In this document: positions 50,601 to 64,000 of the stretch, piece by piece
How the letters are laid out: each line of letters begins with the position of its first letter
Numbering within the stretch: position 1 is the first letter of the stretch
From: Takakia lepidozioides
Taxonomy: Eukaryota; Plantae; Bryophyta
Reading direction: 5' to 3'
DNA: 64,000 bases
Assembly (NCBI GenBank): GCA_030704615.1
Contig: CM060733.1
Location: forward strand, 44,888,001-44,952,000
Notes under the pieces: model-generated
What the model was told of the DNA's origin: nothing
Database searches by the model: none
The model's input: the letters and a program-made list of their open reading frames with translations, nothing else
Translations under genes and position numbers: made by a program

Positions 50601-53600
50601 TGGCAAGGAGATGGCTCAAAACTCAGTGTGACCATAGCTGCTGGAGACCTAACAGTGGCTGCCTCAGACCAGTTCATCACTAGTGATCCTGTGAGGGGCT
50701 TCAAACTTACTTTTAAGATACCAGCTACTACTGGGCCTTGCACTATCACTGCTAAAGGCTTTGACACAGATACCACGAGCACAGTTATGACAATGCGCAT
50801 TGTTGCTGGTGATTTCAAAGCAGCAGTTGTGGAAGAGCTAAGGCAAGGGGTGGTTGGTCAGTATTCTTCTTTCTTCCTGGTGGCCCAAGATGCAGGAGGT
50901 TTCTGTAGGGATAATCCTGCCTTACCACCAGATCGCTTTGCAATAAGATTGTGCAACAATGTCACTTGTGGCCGGGCTACAGTGAATGATCGGCACTTGT
51001 CAGGTGGCCGCTACACAGTTACCTGGAGTGCTCCTGCTGTGGGCAACTACCAAGTCCAATTTTGGACACCCAGCGGAATCATGTCTCCCATCCAAGCTCT
51101 CACAGCCATCTCTTCAGCAAAGACTGACAGAGTCATGTACTACCCAAGGTGTAACGGCGTGCCCCCAACAAAAGCCACCTGCCCACAATTTTACAGCATA
51201 GTCGCCGGTCAGGTGGCCACCTTCAACCTCTCTTCAAACAATGAACCTCCCAATGGTCCTAATGTCAGCATAAGCTCAGGGGGCAACTTGCCCGCCATCT
51301 CCATGACTGGTGGCAGGATTATTCGCCTTGTCGACCAAGGAGATGGAACCTACACTCTTTCTTATACAGCAACCTCGACTACAGCAAGCCTCACCATTGT
51401 TAATGGAGTACCCAGTACCATACCCCTGAGAATTACACCAGGGATCACAAGTTCTATCAAGTCAACTTGCCAGCTCTCAGTAACTCTGCCAGTGACTTGC
51501 GAGGCTGGCAGTAATATGAGTGGCTCTTTTAATGCAAACGATGCAATGGGCAACCAGCAAGATTACAGCCAATATCCATATCCCAATGACAAATTTATGC
51601 TCTTGGCAATCAACAAGGATACAGGTGAGAAGACGGTAGCGATGGTGACATTCTTACCAGACGGAGCCGGCAGCTATAGTGTCGCCCTGACAATGAATTG
51701 GGCCGGCATATACACTCTGCAGGCCACTTTGAATGGGGTGACCATCCCTCTGCTTGGGTCTGATCACAAAGTGCTTACATCGAGCACATTTGCTGTCACG
51801 CCAGGTGCCCCAGATCTTGGTTCCATGGTGTACCCTCCCCAAACCATGCAGCTCACAACAAAGGCAGGGGCTACTGGGAGTGTGACAGTATACTCCATGA
51901 AAGATGTGTTTGGGAACTCCATTCCAAAAAATCTGCTCCAGTGCTCAGCAAAAATAACTGATGCAAACGGGAATGACTCCACCATGGTTTGTGCATTGAA
52001 TGACGACTATGTCACCTTCACTTACACCAATCTCAGCACAGCCGGATCCGACTACACTTTCCAATACTTCATTGCTGCCAATGGGGTTGAAGTAGGCTTG
52101 ACAAACCCTTTGTTTATTGCCCCTGCCGATCCCTGGCCCACAGCTTGCAGCATCACAACTCCATCTCCAATAATGTCACAAGTGGGGAGTAAGACTTTCA
52201 TAGAAATTCAGTGCCAGGACAGGTACAACAACTCCTGCCTTGGTGATCTCTCAGGTCAGTTCACAGTCACAGTGGTGAGACTCGGGGGTGCGCCAAACTT
52301 GCCACCAATCTTGGCAAGTACAGCGTTGTCAACTGTAACGGGAAAAATTGAAGCTTACTTTGTTCTCAAGCAGTCTGGAAATTTCACTGCCACTGTGAAA
52401 TTTAGCGACACCAGTGGCTCCATCATTGGCTCACCTCTTTTAATTTGTGCTACCCCTGCCGATACCAGTGTGAATCTCACCTTTGCATCTTTGGCAGCTG
52501 CTCCAAGGAAGCTGGTGACTGACAAAACCCCTGCTAGGGTTGTGGCCGGGACGTTAAACCTTGTTAAGGTTGTGGGTGTTGACATCAACGGAAATCTCCA
52601 AGATGTTTCTAAATGCAGCAACGCAGTTGTACCAACAGTAACACTCAGAACAGACGACACTGGGAGTGATGGTGCCGGTGCAGGAGTAGCACCCCTGGTG
52701 GCTGCACCGATAGCTACCCTCAGTTACACAGACCCCGGTTGCGTATTCGTCTTCAACTTTACAGCCACTGCGGTGTACAAAGTTGGGACTTACACACCGG
52801 CGAAGTATGAGCTGAAGGTGACATGGATCTCTGGTGCTGCCACAAATGCCACTGACATTGCTGGCAGTCCCTTCCTTTTCCAACTCGATCCAGGAACCTT
52901 GGACATTCCAAGCACAGTAATCCAGCTCTCAGGAAGGGGGGCTGGGCCAACAGGATTGAGCACCACCTTTCTGCTCTCAACAAGGGACAAATTTGGCAAT
53001 GCCCCTACCTACAACCAGACTCTCAATGTTTCGGCAGTAGTGGCCCCAACTGGCAGTTTAAAACCTTTCGAGAGACGCCTGCTTGGGAGCGTGGATATAA
53101 TCACCCAGCCAGGTGGTTTCAGTGACTTGAACTCCTTGGAACTCTCTGAAGCGTTTGATGAGGACTCACTTGAGGCCGTGGGCAATGTTGGCCCTGTCCC
53201 ACTCATGATGCCTACAGTCATCAACAATCTGGATACCACTTACTCCATCTCATTCACTGTAGTCAAGTCAGCAGCTTATGATATATTTGTCTACATGAAT
53301 GGTATGGTTTTGCAACCAACCCCAGCTTCCCCAGCCACCATCAACTCCTATGTTGTCGTTCCAGGAATACCAGACATCACTCGCCTGAAACCCATAGGCA
53401 CAGGCATAAGTGATGGCAAAATAATAACAGTTGGGACCACCATAAACTTCACAATCAACCTATGTGACAATTTTGGTAACCCCGTGAACATGTCTGCGGA
53501 AACAGATCTGCTGAGGAACTACATGAATGGAATTGCAAACCACTCCAGTATCAACATTCAGAGGGCCATTGGCAATAACACAGTTTCCATCAGCCCTTTG

Positions 53601-56600
53601 CTTACAACTGGAGGAACCTTCTCAACTGCCAATGGTGTCATTCTGTATTCTTGCACCCCCAACATAGTTGGCTTGATGAATATTGCCCTTGCATACGGTG
53701 ATGTTGGCTCACAGAAGATTATACTTTGGTAACCCCGTGAACATGTCTGCGGAGGAGGAAACAGATCTGCTGAGGAACCTACATGAATGGAATTGCCAAC
53801 CACTCCAGTATCAACATTCAGAGGGCCATTGGCAATAACACAGTTTCCATCAGGCCCTTTGCTTACAACTGGAGGAACCTATCACAACTGCCAAATGGTG
53901 TCATTCTGTATTCATTGCACCCCCAACATAGTTGGCCTTGAGAATATTGCCCTTGCATACGGGTGATGTTTGGCTCACAGAAGATTATACTGCTTACTGA
54001 TGTGGGCGATCCTGAACCCAACAATTGCCTTGCTTTTGGAGACCTGGGTGGGATGATTGGTGCAGGAAATTCAGGCCATATTACAGTACAACTTGTTGAC
54101 TCAAATGGTCTAGCAGTTGATCTAAGTCCATCTTCTGGTGGTGATTTTGTAAGGCTGAGCATCACAGCAGTCAATAGCAATGACCCAAACTATAATCCCC
54201 CCATGCCCCCCGGTGTGAGCTCTAGTGACAATGGAGATGGCACCTTCTCTCTTCAATATGACACATTCAGAACAGGCAACTTCACAATTTTTATCCTAGT
54301 GGGTAGTCCCGACAAACCATTGGGTGGGAAAAGTGATGGCTACCCTCTGCAGGTCAGTCTTTCAGATCATCCATCACAACTTTAAAGTTCACAATGAATA
54401 TAAGTAGGTTGTATTCTCAACGTGCTTGTCTGCTCATTCACATACTTCTGAACAATCAGGCACTTGCAACCATGTCCACATATGTGTGTGAGATACTTCT
54501 GAACAATCAGGCACTTGCAACCATGTCCACATATGTGTGTGAGAAATAGGAAGAATCTGTAACCCCTTTCTTTTTCTCCTCACAACAGCAGACAGGACGC
54601 AGACAAGAACACAAAAATTTAAACGTGCAGTATATACATATGAAGTACGCACATTAATTTACAGGCACACACCAATGCAGTCTCATTAATAGTAGTGAAA
54701 ACAAAGTAATGCAGTGGTGATTACCTTCTGTTGGGAGAAAAGGATAACAGAAGTGAGTGGGTATCAGGTGTGGGCAGCCGCAACAGTAATTGAAAGGACC
54801 ACAGTGTCCATGGTCAGCAATGGAACTACCAATCGGGCAGGGCAAGATTGGATACAAATTGAAGTCCAGGCAATGGATGGCTTCCAAAACATGCAAGACT
54901 ATGTCTTGGCACCCACCGATGGGTTCCAAGCAAACATTTTGCAGCCTGACAACACTTTAGCTATGGTGGCCCTAAATCGAACCTGGCAAACAGGTGACAA
55001 TGGACTCTCCTATGCAGTTTGGACACTGAATTTCCTTCCCCTGCAAGCTGGCCCTGGCAGCACCTACACTTTCATTATCATTTGGAGGAATGACACTACA
55101 GATATTCCAGTACCTTCCCCAGCAATGGTGGTGAACACAATACCTGGCATGCCATCCTCAGTAAACATGAAGGTAACTGTCAACTACAAGCATCAACATA
55201 TTGGTGAGAATCATGCTGCACTCATAAGACTAGCACAACAATCCACAACAATCCGCTGACTTTTGGCCCTTTACTATAATTTTTGGAACCATGCTACAAG
55301 GCTTACCTTCCACAGTGCGGCACATGTCAACTTGGAGACTCTAATTCCAACTTGACTTGGGCTTAAAGAGACTTTAGAGAGATGACCCATCACAATTGAA
55401 GTGAAGAAACTCTAGCCCGTCTGGATTGACATGATAATCATCACCTCCACAAAGCTCCCCAAGAATACTGGGAGATGTGACCGGGACACTAAGTGATATT
55501 TAGATTCTCAATAAGGAACTTGCTTGCTGGTTTCATCATTGGAGCTAAGATTCCCACACCTATGTGGGTGCATGGAACATGGCTTACAAGTGGGAAGTCA
55601 TGGGCATCATTGAGCTGTGGGAATCCAGAATGTTAAGCCCCATTATGCACAGCAGCCAGTGGTCACTTAAGAGACACGGTAACCAGTGAACCAATTTTGA
55701 CATTAGAATATCCATGGACATGTCTCACCAACCTTGACTAATAAACCACAACTATGGGGCAGGTGACTGGTTCAGGGACCTCATCTGCAAGTGTGGGAGC
55801 ATGGGCCACTATCATGATCCGGCTGTTTGATGATTTAAATAATCCTATAAGCTCAGTGCCAGACATTGCAGATGCGAACATCACAGCCTCACTATCGCTT
55901 GGGAAAATCTTGAATCAGACAATGGCAAATTGCACCATCTCCTCCAACCCACCAGCATCTGTGTGTCATTACATGGTAACCACACCTGGATGGTATGTTC
56001 TTGACATCTTTTCCAACAGCAACAAGTTGAAGTCACTTGGTATACAGGTGGGTCACGGCCTAGTAAGTGGGTCCAACTGCATAGCGTCTGGTGATGGAGT
56101 GGGTACCACTGGCATACCACTTTTCCCAGGAGCACCAACAACCTTCAACATTCAAACATTTGACCACGAGAACAACAGTGTCCCACAGAACAAGGTGTAC
56201 TTTGAAGTCAAGGGTGAGAATCTCAACCAATCAGGTGTCATAGTGCCTAAGGGCGGCTTTCCGATCTATGTGTCGGATAACTCTTACCAGGTACAGTACA
56301 CCCCATTGCAAGCGGGTATTTACAATGTTTTTGTGCGAAGGGCATCTGTTGATATCATGGGATCTCCATACCAGATTGCAGTTGAAGTTGGGCCAGTGGC
56401 TCCAAACTGTATACTTGACTCACAATCACTTGATCCATGTCCTGTTGGTGGCACAAAAAATATCACACTGCTTTCCCGAGATGCATTTGGGAATGTCCGA
56501 ACGGAGCAACAGGATATCCTTCATGTTTTCAAAACAGTTGATGGTTTCCCTCAAGAGTCTGAAGCTGATATCATGTCACCAGTTGGCAATGGGGCCTACA

Positions 56601-59600
56601 GCTATGGCTTCAACTGTGTAAACGACACCCTAATTCAGGTCACCTATGATGCCATGCTAGTGTACTCTGGCAAAATTGAAACCATTATCGGCCTAGCAGA
56701 TGCCACTCAGTGTACACTTTCACTAGAGAATGCAGTAATCAGTGCTGGAGCTTCTGGGCGTGGACTGGTTGTGACAAGAGATCTTGGTGGTCATCCACTT
56801 ACATCAGGGGGCCAATTCATGAAAATTCAGTATTGGACTTTGTCTGGTACTAATGATACAATGTCAGTGTTCGATAACGATGATGGTACTTACAGTGTTT
56901 CCTATCAGATCCTGACTAGTGGAATATACTATGTGCTTGCTGAACTAAACGGCTTCTCTTTCTCCTCACAAACTCTGCTAGTTCTTCCAGGCACACCAAA
57001 TGCTGGCCAGACCAGTGTGATGCTGGATCCCAACGGTTACACTGTCAATTTGGAAGGGTCGTTCATGATCCAAATATTTGATGAACATAACAATAACATC
57101 ACAGAAAGTGGAGCCCTGGACACTAGTTCCTTAAGCTTGTTCTACATCAGTGGGGAGGTGCCAGCAAGGACTGCAATGTACACAGCTGCCAATTTAGTCA
57201 TTGAATTCAACCCACAGAGTTATTCATACACTGTTATATTCACACCTAGCCTTCCAGGCAATGTATATGTAAATCTGAAGGTGGAAGGTGAGGGAGTCCT
57301 TAACTTTGGAGCACCTTACACTGCAGTGGTGGCACCCCTCCCACCATCTCCCACAAACTTTGACCTATGGGGTGCTGGTATTGAGGCTGGAGGTGTAGCA
57401 GGTGAAAACACGTATTTTTATGTGCGGATAAGAGATTCACAGGGGACCATTGTGTTTACTGAGCCAACCGACTCCTTTGATGTGAAGATTTCCCCATCCT
57501 CGCTGGTTCCAGGCGGCACATCATCTTCATATATTGGCAACGGCATAGTCCAGTTCAGTTATCTGGTTGTCCAAGCCTCATCAAAACTCAGTGTGGCAAT
57601 TTCTTATGGGGGTGTTCGTCTTCAGAACCCAGTCAATGTGCAGGTGAAAGATTCAGCAGGTCAAATTGATGTTTCACAGACAGTGGTCCTGGGCCCTGAT
57701 GGAGTACCAGTCAGCACCTCAGTGCCACTCGTGAGTGTTGTGGGAACACCAGATACGAGCATAGCCTTCATGATCCAGCCCCATGACAGCGATGGACTCA
57801 TTATCACCAACCCAAATCCCAATGACACACTTCCCACTTTCCTGGTAACTATTAGCGGGGGAGGCTCTCCTCTAGCCGTCCAGACAGATCCAACTGGCTG
57901 GTCTTTTGAGTTCACAGTTCCTATTAGCACTACCAGCCAGAACCTGTTTGTCGCTGTTCAATCAAATGCAAATGGTGGGGTCCTTACTGATGTAAAAAAC
58001 AGTGGGTTCACCATCTATTTTGCACCCGGACTCTCATCTCCATCAAACACAGTCATTGTGCAAAGCCCATTGAGCTCAGTGAGCCCAACGCAGCTGATTG
58101 CAGGACAAACCATAAAGATAACTGTACAAGCATACGATCAATACAACAACCCACAAATCTACAACATCCAAAACCTTGATTGCTTTACAGCCACCTTGAA
58201 CAGCTTCCCATCTGGAGATGTAGTTGACACACCAGTGACAGGCCTCAACAACGGGGATCTCACTTATGATCTACTCCTCACAGTCACAGCAGTGGGTGAC
58301 TATAATGTGACCATATATCTTAATGGAGAACAGGCTACCCAACTCCAGCTCTCGGTAGTCAACAATGATTTGTCTTTGACAAGTATTACATTGGTCAACC
58401 CACAATTGGATCCCATGATGGTGACAATGGAAAGCACCTTCACTATCTTTGCATCTGACATATTTGAGAACCCCATCACCGATGCAGGCAATCTGTGTGT
58501 CATACTGCAACATAAAATAACTGGTGCTAACTACAGCACCAGAGTCCTGCCATCAAATGACACCACTGGCCAATTCCAGGTGTATATTATACCAACAAAC
58601 GCAGGCCAATACTTTATCTTTGTGGGTGATGGCACTGCCAGAAGTGGTGGAAGCGCCTACAACCTCACACTAGTCAATATCTGGCCTGGTCCTGTTTCTC
58701 TCAACCTGACAAACACATCAATATTAACACAAGTCTACAAGGCTGGAACCCCTGCAATGTTTACTATTCTTGCCCTGGATGCACATAGCAATTCCAATTA
58801 CACAATTCCCCAGGTAACTATCATCCCAGCTTTCCCCGGATTGCCCTATGCGGCATCAGTGGCATCACCCTGTGGGTCTGCAGCAGAACTTGATGACTCA
58901 GCATCATGCACACCTACTGCTCCATTGTATACAACTACAGTCACATTCCTTCCCCTAGCACCTGGGATTCTCAATATCTCCATTACGTGGGATACAGACA
59001 TCAACATCACCTACAACAACATTCAGATACTACCGGGAACTAGGCCTATTGCATTGAGTGCCAAGTTTTCCCACAATCTTGGTTCTATTGCAGTAAGTTT
59101 TGACATACCAACTGATGCAGGATATACAGCCTTCAATGGGCTAAATAGTCCACAATTTGGCTGGGAGAGGTGCAATAACACACTAGACCAGTCAGTCATT
59201 GAAAAGGTTGGCACAGGCCCCGTCTGCAATTTCAAGGACTCAACCACTATGGTCATCCAGCTTGGTTACAATGCAACCATCTTGCCATCTGATTCTGGAA
59301 CAGGTGACCACATCTCTCTGTCAGGTGACATTTATAACCAAGATGACACCTCATCTCCAGTGTTTGGGTGGGTGCCACTAGGAATATCGGACAACAGCCC
59401 CCCACCAGTAGCACGACTGGTGGGAGCAAGCATAACAAGTGTGTGTGACAACCTTACCTTGGATGCATCAGGATCTAGTGGAGCTGCAGGACGGCCCTTG
59501 CTCTATAGCTTCACTGTGAGAGGTACAGGTGATCCCGACAAGCTAGCAAACGTTGCCAACCTGCTTGATACGTTACCGTCGCAAATGGTAGTCACAATTG

Positions 59601-62600
59601 AACATGGCCTATTGGATGCGGAGCAGACATACATATTCCAGGTTGTAGTGACAAACTATCTTGGCATATCCGATACTGCCCCACTCACTGTCCAGACAGT
59701 GCGTACATCTATTCCACAGGTAAAGTGCTTCATCTCTCCGAGATTAAAAAGAAACTGTGACTGCCCCTTGTACGATGGAATGATTCTTTAAAGCATGAAT
59801 ACTGGTCCTCTCTGTTTGTTGCTTCAAAGGATCTGTCTCATACTGGAACACCATTTAAGGCACAGTTGGCACAGTCCCAAGCTGAGACCACTCTCACTAA
59901 GGAGGTGTAATTCGTCTCTTGCTTTAGTGAACATTCACTGACGTCAGATCTGTCAGTAGCTCACACATTTTAACACTTGAAAGTAACACCAAAGTGCTCA
60001 AACTAGACGTGACAAACTCCTTTGTTTTCAATGCTAAGAAGGAGACCCGTTGTGTGCAGGTGTCCATTCGTGACAATGTCAAAATAATTGAGGTTATGAG
60101 GTGGGAAACTGTAGAGCTAGAGGCCCGTGCACATCTTGCACAGGGATTTAGTCTGCAAGCAGACGGAACCTGTGCGCTCAGTCCATCATCAAAGGGGAAG
60201 AAAGTCAAGTACCCTCCTCCTGCACCTCTTATGTATGAATGGACTCAAACTGGGGTATCAGTTTTGGACGAAGACGCGGTGGGCTGGAATGCCCGAAGCT
60301 TGAACATACCCGGAAATCTTCTTAGACCAGGATTGATCTACAACTTCCAAGTCAAATGCTGGCCAGCAGGGTCACCCCAGCTCTCCTCCACTGCATCTGT
60401 AGCAATCCATGCTACACCATCTCCCCTTGCTATCAAAGTTGTTGGAGGGGACCGAAAAATAAACGCCTCAGAAGACCTTTACCTCAAAGCTTCTGTATAT
60501 GACCCTGACGATTCAGTCGATTCTAATATTGACCAGCCACACCCTTACGAGTTCAGCTGGAGTTGTGATAACCTCAATCTGAGTAGCTATTTTGATGCCG
60601 ACATCTATCCCAACGTTCCAGGAGCCATCAAACAGACACTTCTAATTCCTGCATCGATACTTCTGGATGGCATGACCTACACATTTACTGTGACGGTGAG
60701 CTGGAAGCCAACAGTTTCTTGGAAGTCTAGGCAGGTCCAGTGATGTATTTGTGCAAACGTGATTTAGATAACAGCTAATAACCAGTCTATTCAAGTGTTA
60801 TAATGCAAACTTGATTTCTCTGTACACTTGCTCGTAGATCATTGAACCCAAGAACCTCTTGTGCAGGTGGCCAGGGCTCCATACACGGACAAATCACGCA
60901 CTGATGCAACAGCGACCGCAACTATTATGGCTTCTACATCTGCCATGAACATAATAGCAAAAGTGACCAATGAGGCAGAAGTGCTCACCTATGGGATGTC
61001 ATCGTCACGAATGCTGAAGGTGATGTGCAGCGCTGGTCTGGGAACCTACAAGTGGCTGGTGGAGTCTAGCGCTGATGAAAGAACGAAAGCAGAATTGGGG
61101 GTAAGTATTTGCTTGGTTCTCCAATACTCCAATATGGCAAGGCCATGAAGGCCACTCCTAATGAAGCTGTGGCTAAGCTTGAGAACACAGAGTAGATCAA
61201 AAATTGCCCTTCCAGATTGCGCTCAAGGATTTCAGGAAATTCATCCTCTACTTCGAACATGCGAATTTTACATTTCCGAAATATGATGACGCATGAAAAC
61301 ATGGTCTGAATCACAATGCAAAATGCTTGACAGTTGATGCTCCATTAGCCTTGACCACATTGCCTCTACTCACAGGTGATAATGCTGGAGGAGAATACCA
61401 TGAAGGTCCCACCCCTGACGTTGGTGGCCGGGGCAGTCTATAATTTCACGTGTATTGCCACCAACGCAATGGCCACCGATGCTGCGTCGGTATTAGTGAC
61501 CACCTTGCCTGAACCCTCAGGTATCAATTTCTCATGGCTTAGAGAGCATCAAGGAGCAGCACTTCTTGGGGCTTCTAGTGAGAAGCTTCATTTTAGGTTT
61601 AAACGAATCTTGATCGTCAAAAAACTCCAGATGTTCGCTGTAGCAAATTGTAATGCTGAGGGCTCTGCGACTAGACCTTGACTCCCGCTTAATCCTTGCA
61701 TATTCCGAGGGTAGGTAAGAATCGCAAGGATTATGTAGGGAGTCTATCGTCTTTGCCCTGTACAGACTCCTTGTTAACTTCACAATATATTGGAACCACC
61801 CTTTGCGTCATCTACCGAACAGCTACACACACAACAAACATTTTCATTGACAATTCGCCGATGCATACCAAGCGGAAATATGCCTGTGTCTGCGTGTATG
61901 AGAAACTGGGGTGTGCTGTTTTAAGACCTCCCTGACATATATTGACTCAGTGACTTCCTTTCACAGGATGTGAATTTCCCTCTCTTCCCTGCAGCTCTTT
62001 GAGGGCGAAAGTCACTTGGTACTCTGATTCACAGTGACTCTAGGATACTGCAAACTGGTTTGCCCAAGTAGTTGAGCAGAAATTCAATTTGATTCATACC
62101 TTGATAGCGTTTTGCCACAGGTGGGACGGTTGAACTGAGCGCAAGTCCTGGAAACCCACACATCGCAGGCACAACTACCTACTCACTACGGGCATATGGG
62201 TGGAATCCTGGAGGGGACCTTATAGGCCCGTTGAAGTACGAGTTCCGCTATGTACTTGGGGACCCCACAGGCGGTTACTTGAAGGAGGTCATCATCCGCC
62301 CGGTATCGCTCGTAAACAAAGTGAGTGAGGTGTTGGTGATGTCTGGTACAGTTACATTCAGGGTCTACATAATCAATCCTGGGCCTGTTCGGTTTCTGCC
62401 CAACGACGCACCCTACGGTGCACTCTTCGAGTTTGAGCCAATTGTTTCGAAAAAAGGTCTCCGCAGAGGCTTGCTCGGCCTTCCCTCCACGGTCACCAAC
62501 TATTACAGCTTTGCCAAGAAGGGAATGTACTATCGATCCCTTGTAGCCATGGAGGCCTACGGCAGCGCAACGTTCCCCAAACCAGCAGGTCAGTCCCAAA

Positions 62601-64000
62601 GCTTTTCAGTACAGCGCTAGATCTCAGATGCATAGTGAACAACATGATGAGGCTGCTCTGTAGTGATTAAGTACGACACAGATCTTCAATGCGTTGATGC
62701 CTGATCCTAGCAAACAGAAAACCCAAGCCACATGTATGCACGTTCAATCAAACAAACCCGCAAAAAAACGTAAAGAAATCAGTGTATCAATCTAACAGAA
62801 GTCTGTTTAACTAACGTCCAGCGAATTAAAAATACTGAGATCATGAACTTAGAACTGAGTCATCATTTGGATGTTGTTGTAAATCAAGAGGCGATATCAT
62901 AATGCAGGCGGCTGCGGAGGGGGCGGCAACAAGAAAGTGATCAAAGACATGTTAAAGACGATAACATTCAATGACCCACAGTACCCAGCAGCCAGCCAAG
63001 GCAATGCGGTCCAGTCGGGATCGGGCCCCTACATTGCTTTGTTAACTGCGAGTGTTTACAGCAGAATCATAAACCGCCCAGGGAATTTGAACTTTGACGA
63101 GTTCAAAAATGCACTGCACATTTTCCTAGAAAAGCTTGACAAGGTTGCAATGTATGGAGTCAAGGTGCCCACAAGCATTAGCAGGCCATACGAGACTTTT
63201 ATAGATGCAGGTGATGCGTTTGTGAAGGCAGTGAAGCTAAAGTGCTTCAAGAGTTCCACCCAGGCACAAGCCATGATGGATCGGACCTCCATCATCCCAA
63301 TCTGGCTGGCAGAAATGTTATACCGCGACAACGGATTTGAGTCACCCAGTGTAATTGAGCGTTCAACGTTCACTGTTGGAGCCCTGAGCTTCAAATTGCC
63401 CCAGAATGCCAACAACCCACTGGGGGGACCAATCTACCTGTCTGGACAAATGGGTAGCTTCTTTGCCACAATCACACTACAGAAGGGCGGGGGCAACGAG
63501 TTTGGCATCGCAGCAAGCTGTTTTACCAAGTTCAGCCCTCTTTCAGCAGCAGGCACGTCCTCATTAAACAGGGATAAGAAGCTCATCAAATTGTTGCAAG
63601 TTTGCGACTTCAGTATCCTTGGACTAACTGCAGCTGACTTCTTTACGCTCACCGTCACTGGTTCTTTTATGAATCTCAGAAGAATTGGAAAAGGGTTAGC
63701 GTACAAGGCACTTCAGCTGGACAGGCATGGATATGCCGACCCCTCCATCCTGCAAAATGTCGTCCCTGCAGTAACAGGAGTATCCTTCAACTTTGTGGGA
63801 TCATATGCACGAATTGCCCTCGTCAAAGTCAAGACAGACAAGAGCTTCACCCCAGTTGGATGGCAAGGTATGCACGAGAAGTTCAAACCTCCCAAAGACA
63901 AGTATAAGCCACCCCAGGATTTTGTAGCTAGGGCCGAACGTATGGTGTTTGCTGAAAGTCAGAGTGCTGCAGAAAGTCGAAGGAGAGGGAGAGTGTGGGG
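44613..64000 (+). CDS. Giant secreted or cell-surface protein: signal peptide, IPT/TIG domains, many filamin-type Ig repeats, REJ/PKD1-like module; >4000 aa, 3' end outside the window
   Basis: Exon 44613-44718 encodes a signal peptide (MGRRRPTRELQTLGSCIICLFLMGLLFHVTVVSG). Exon 44960-45244 is IPT-like (PKLGTSRGGTQIKV...FVYY). Repeated DxxGN, DxGDGTYxVxY and IxGSP filamin motifs in ORFs 50202-53732 and 55754-59791. REJ hallmarks CDNLTLDASGSSG, GGDRKI...YDPDD...YEFSWSC, GGTVELS...GW...PLKYEFRY. About 17 exons; the last one in the window starts at 62908. Confidence 0.88.
46250..46480 (-). mobile_element. Short L1-like 3' fragment in an intron
   Basis: Minus strand ends AATAAAGGGACAGGGCTTCATCCCCTTTATAAC followed by an A-run. 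Confidence 0.4.
53472..53991. repeat. Exonic tandem duplication (253 bp plus a 267-bp insertion-riddled copy), probable assembly artefact
   Basis: The second copy (53725-53991) differs almost only by small insertions. Deleting it fuses ...GSQKIIL to LTDVGDPEPNNC in frame. Confidence 0.9.
54442..54543. repeat. 51-bp perfect tandem duplication in an intron
   Basis: ATACTTCTGAACAATCAGGCACTTGCAACCATGTCCACATATGTGTGTGAG x2. Confidence 0.9.

Noticed and set aside
50558-63901. Antisense ORFs over the giant gene
   Set aside because: Shadow frames of long sense exons with no independent motifs.
44613-64000. Naming the giant gene GEX2 or PKD1
   Set aside because: It is far larger than GEX2 and has a REJ module. 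No GPS, PLAT or TM channel region is visible in the window, so orthology cannot be claimed.

Overview
Eukaryotic genomic DNA from a land plant, probably a non-seed plant. This is inferred from GT-AG introns, a plastid fibrillin gene, chromovirus/L1/RTE retroelements, tRNA-derived SINEs and a REJ-domain gene. The left half (~2.3-32 kb) is a nested transposon block. It holds a decayed L1-type LINE with an unusually long ORF1 and a 724-bp TIR element inserted in ORF2, an A/C-rich hairpin/telomere-like tandem array, a decayed Ty3/gypsy chromovirus (minus strand), hAT-like and foldback elements, RTE 3' fragments, three SINEs and a spliced orphan coiled-coil gene. The block separates two divergently oriented paralogs of a conserved uncharacterised plant gene. 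The copy at 32971-37922 (+) has 11 exons and looks intact. The copy at 298-2096 (-) has exons 1-3 in the window and has lost a splice acceptor. The right half carries a 4-exon fibrillin/PAP gene (-). Head-to-head with it is a giant (>4000 aa, running off the window) signal-peptide protein made of IPT/TIG domains, many filamin-type Ig repeats and a complete REJ/PKD1-like module, which is the most interesting object here. Two tandem duplications (37741-38800 and 53472-53991) may be assembly artefacts. All exon models and family assignments were made by eye, with no database search.
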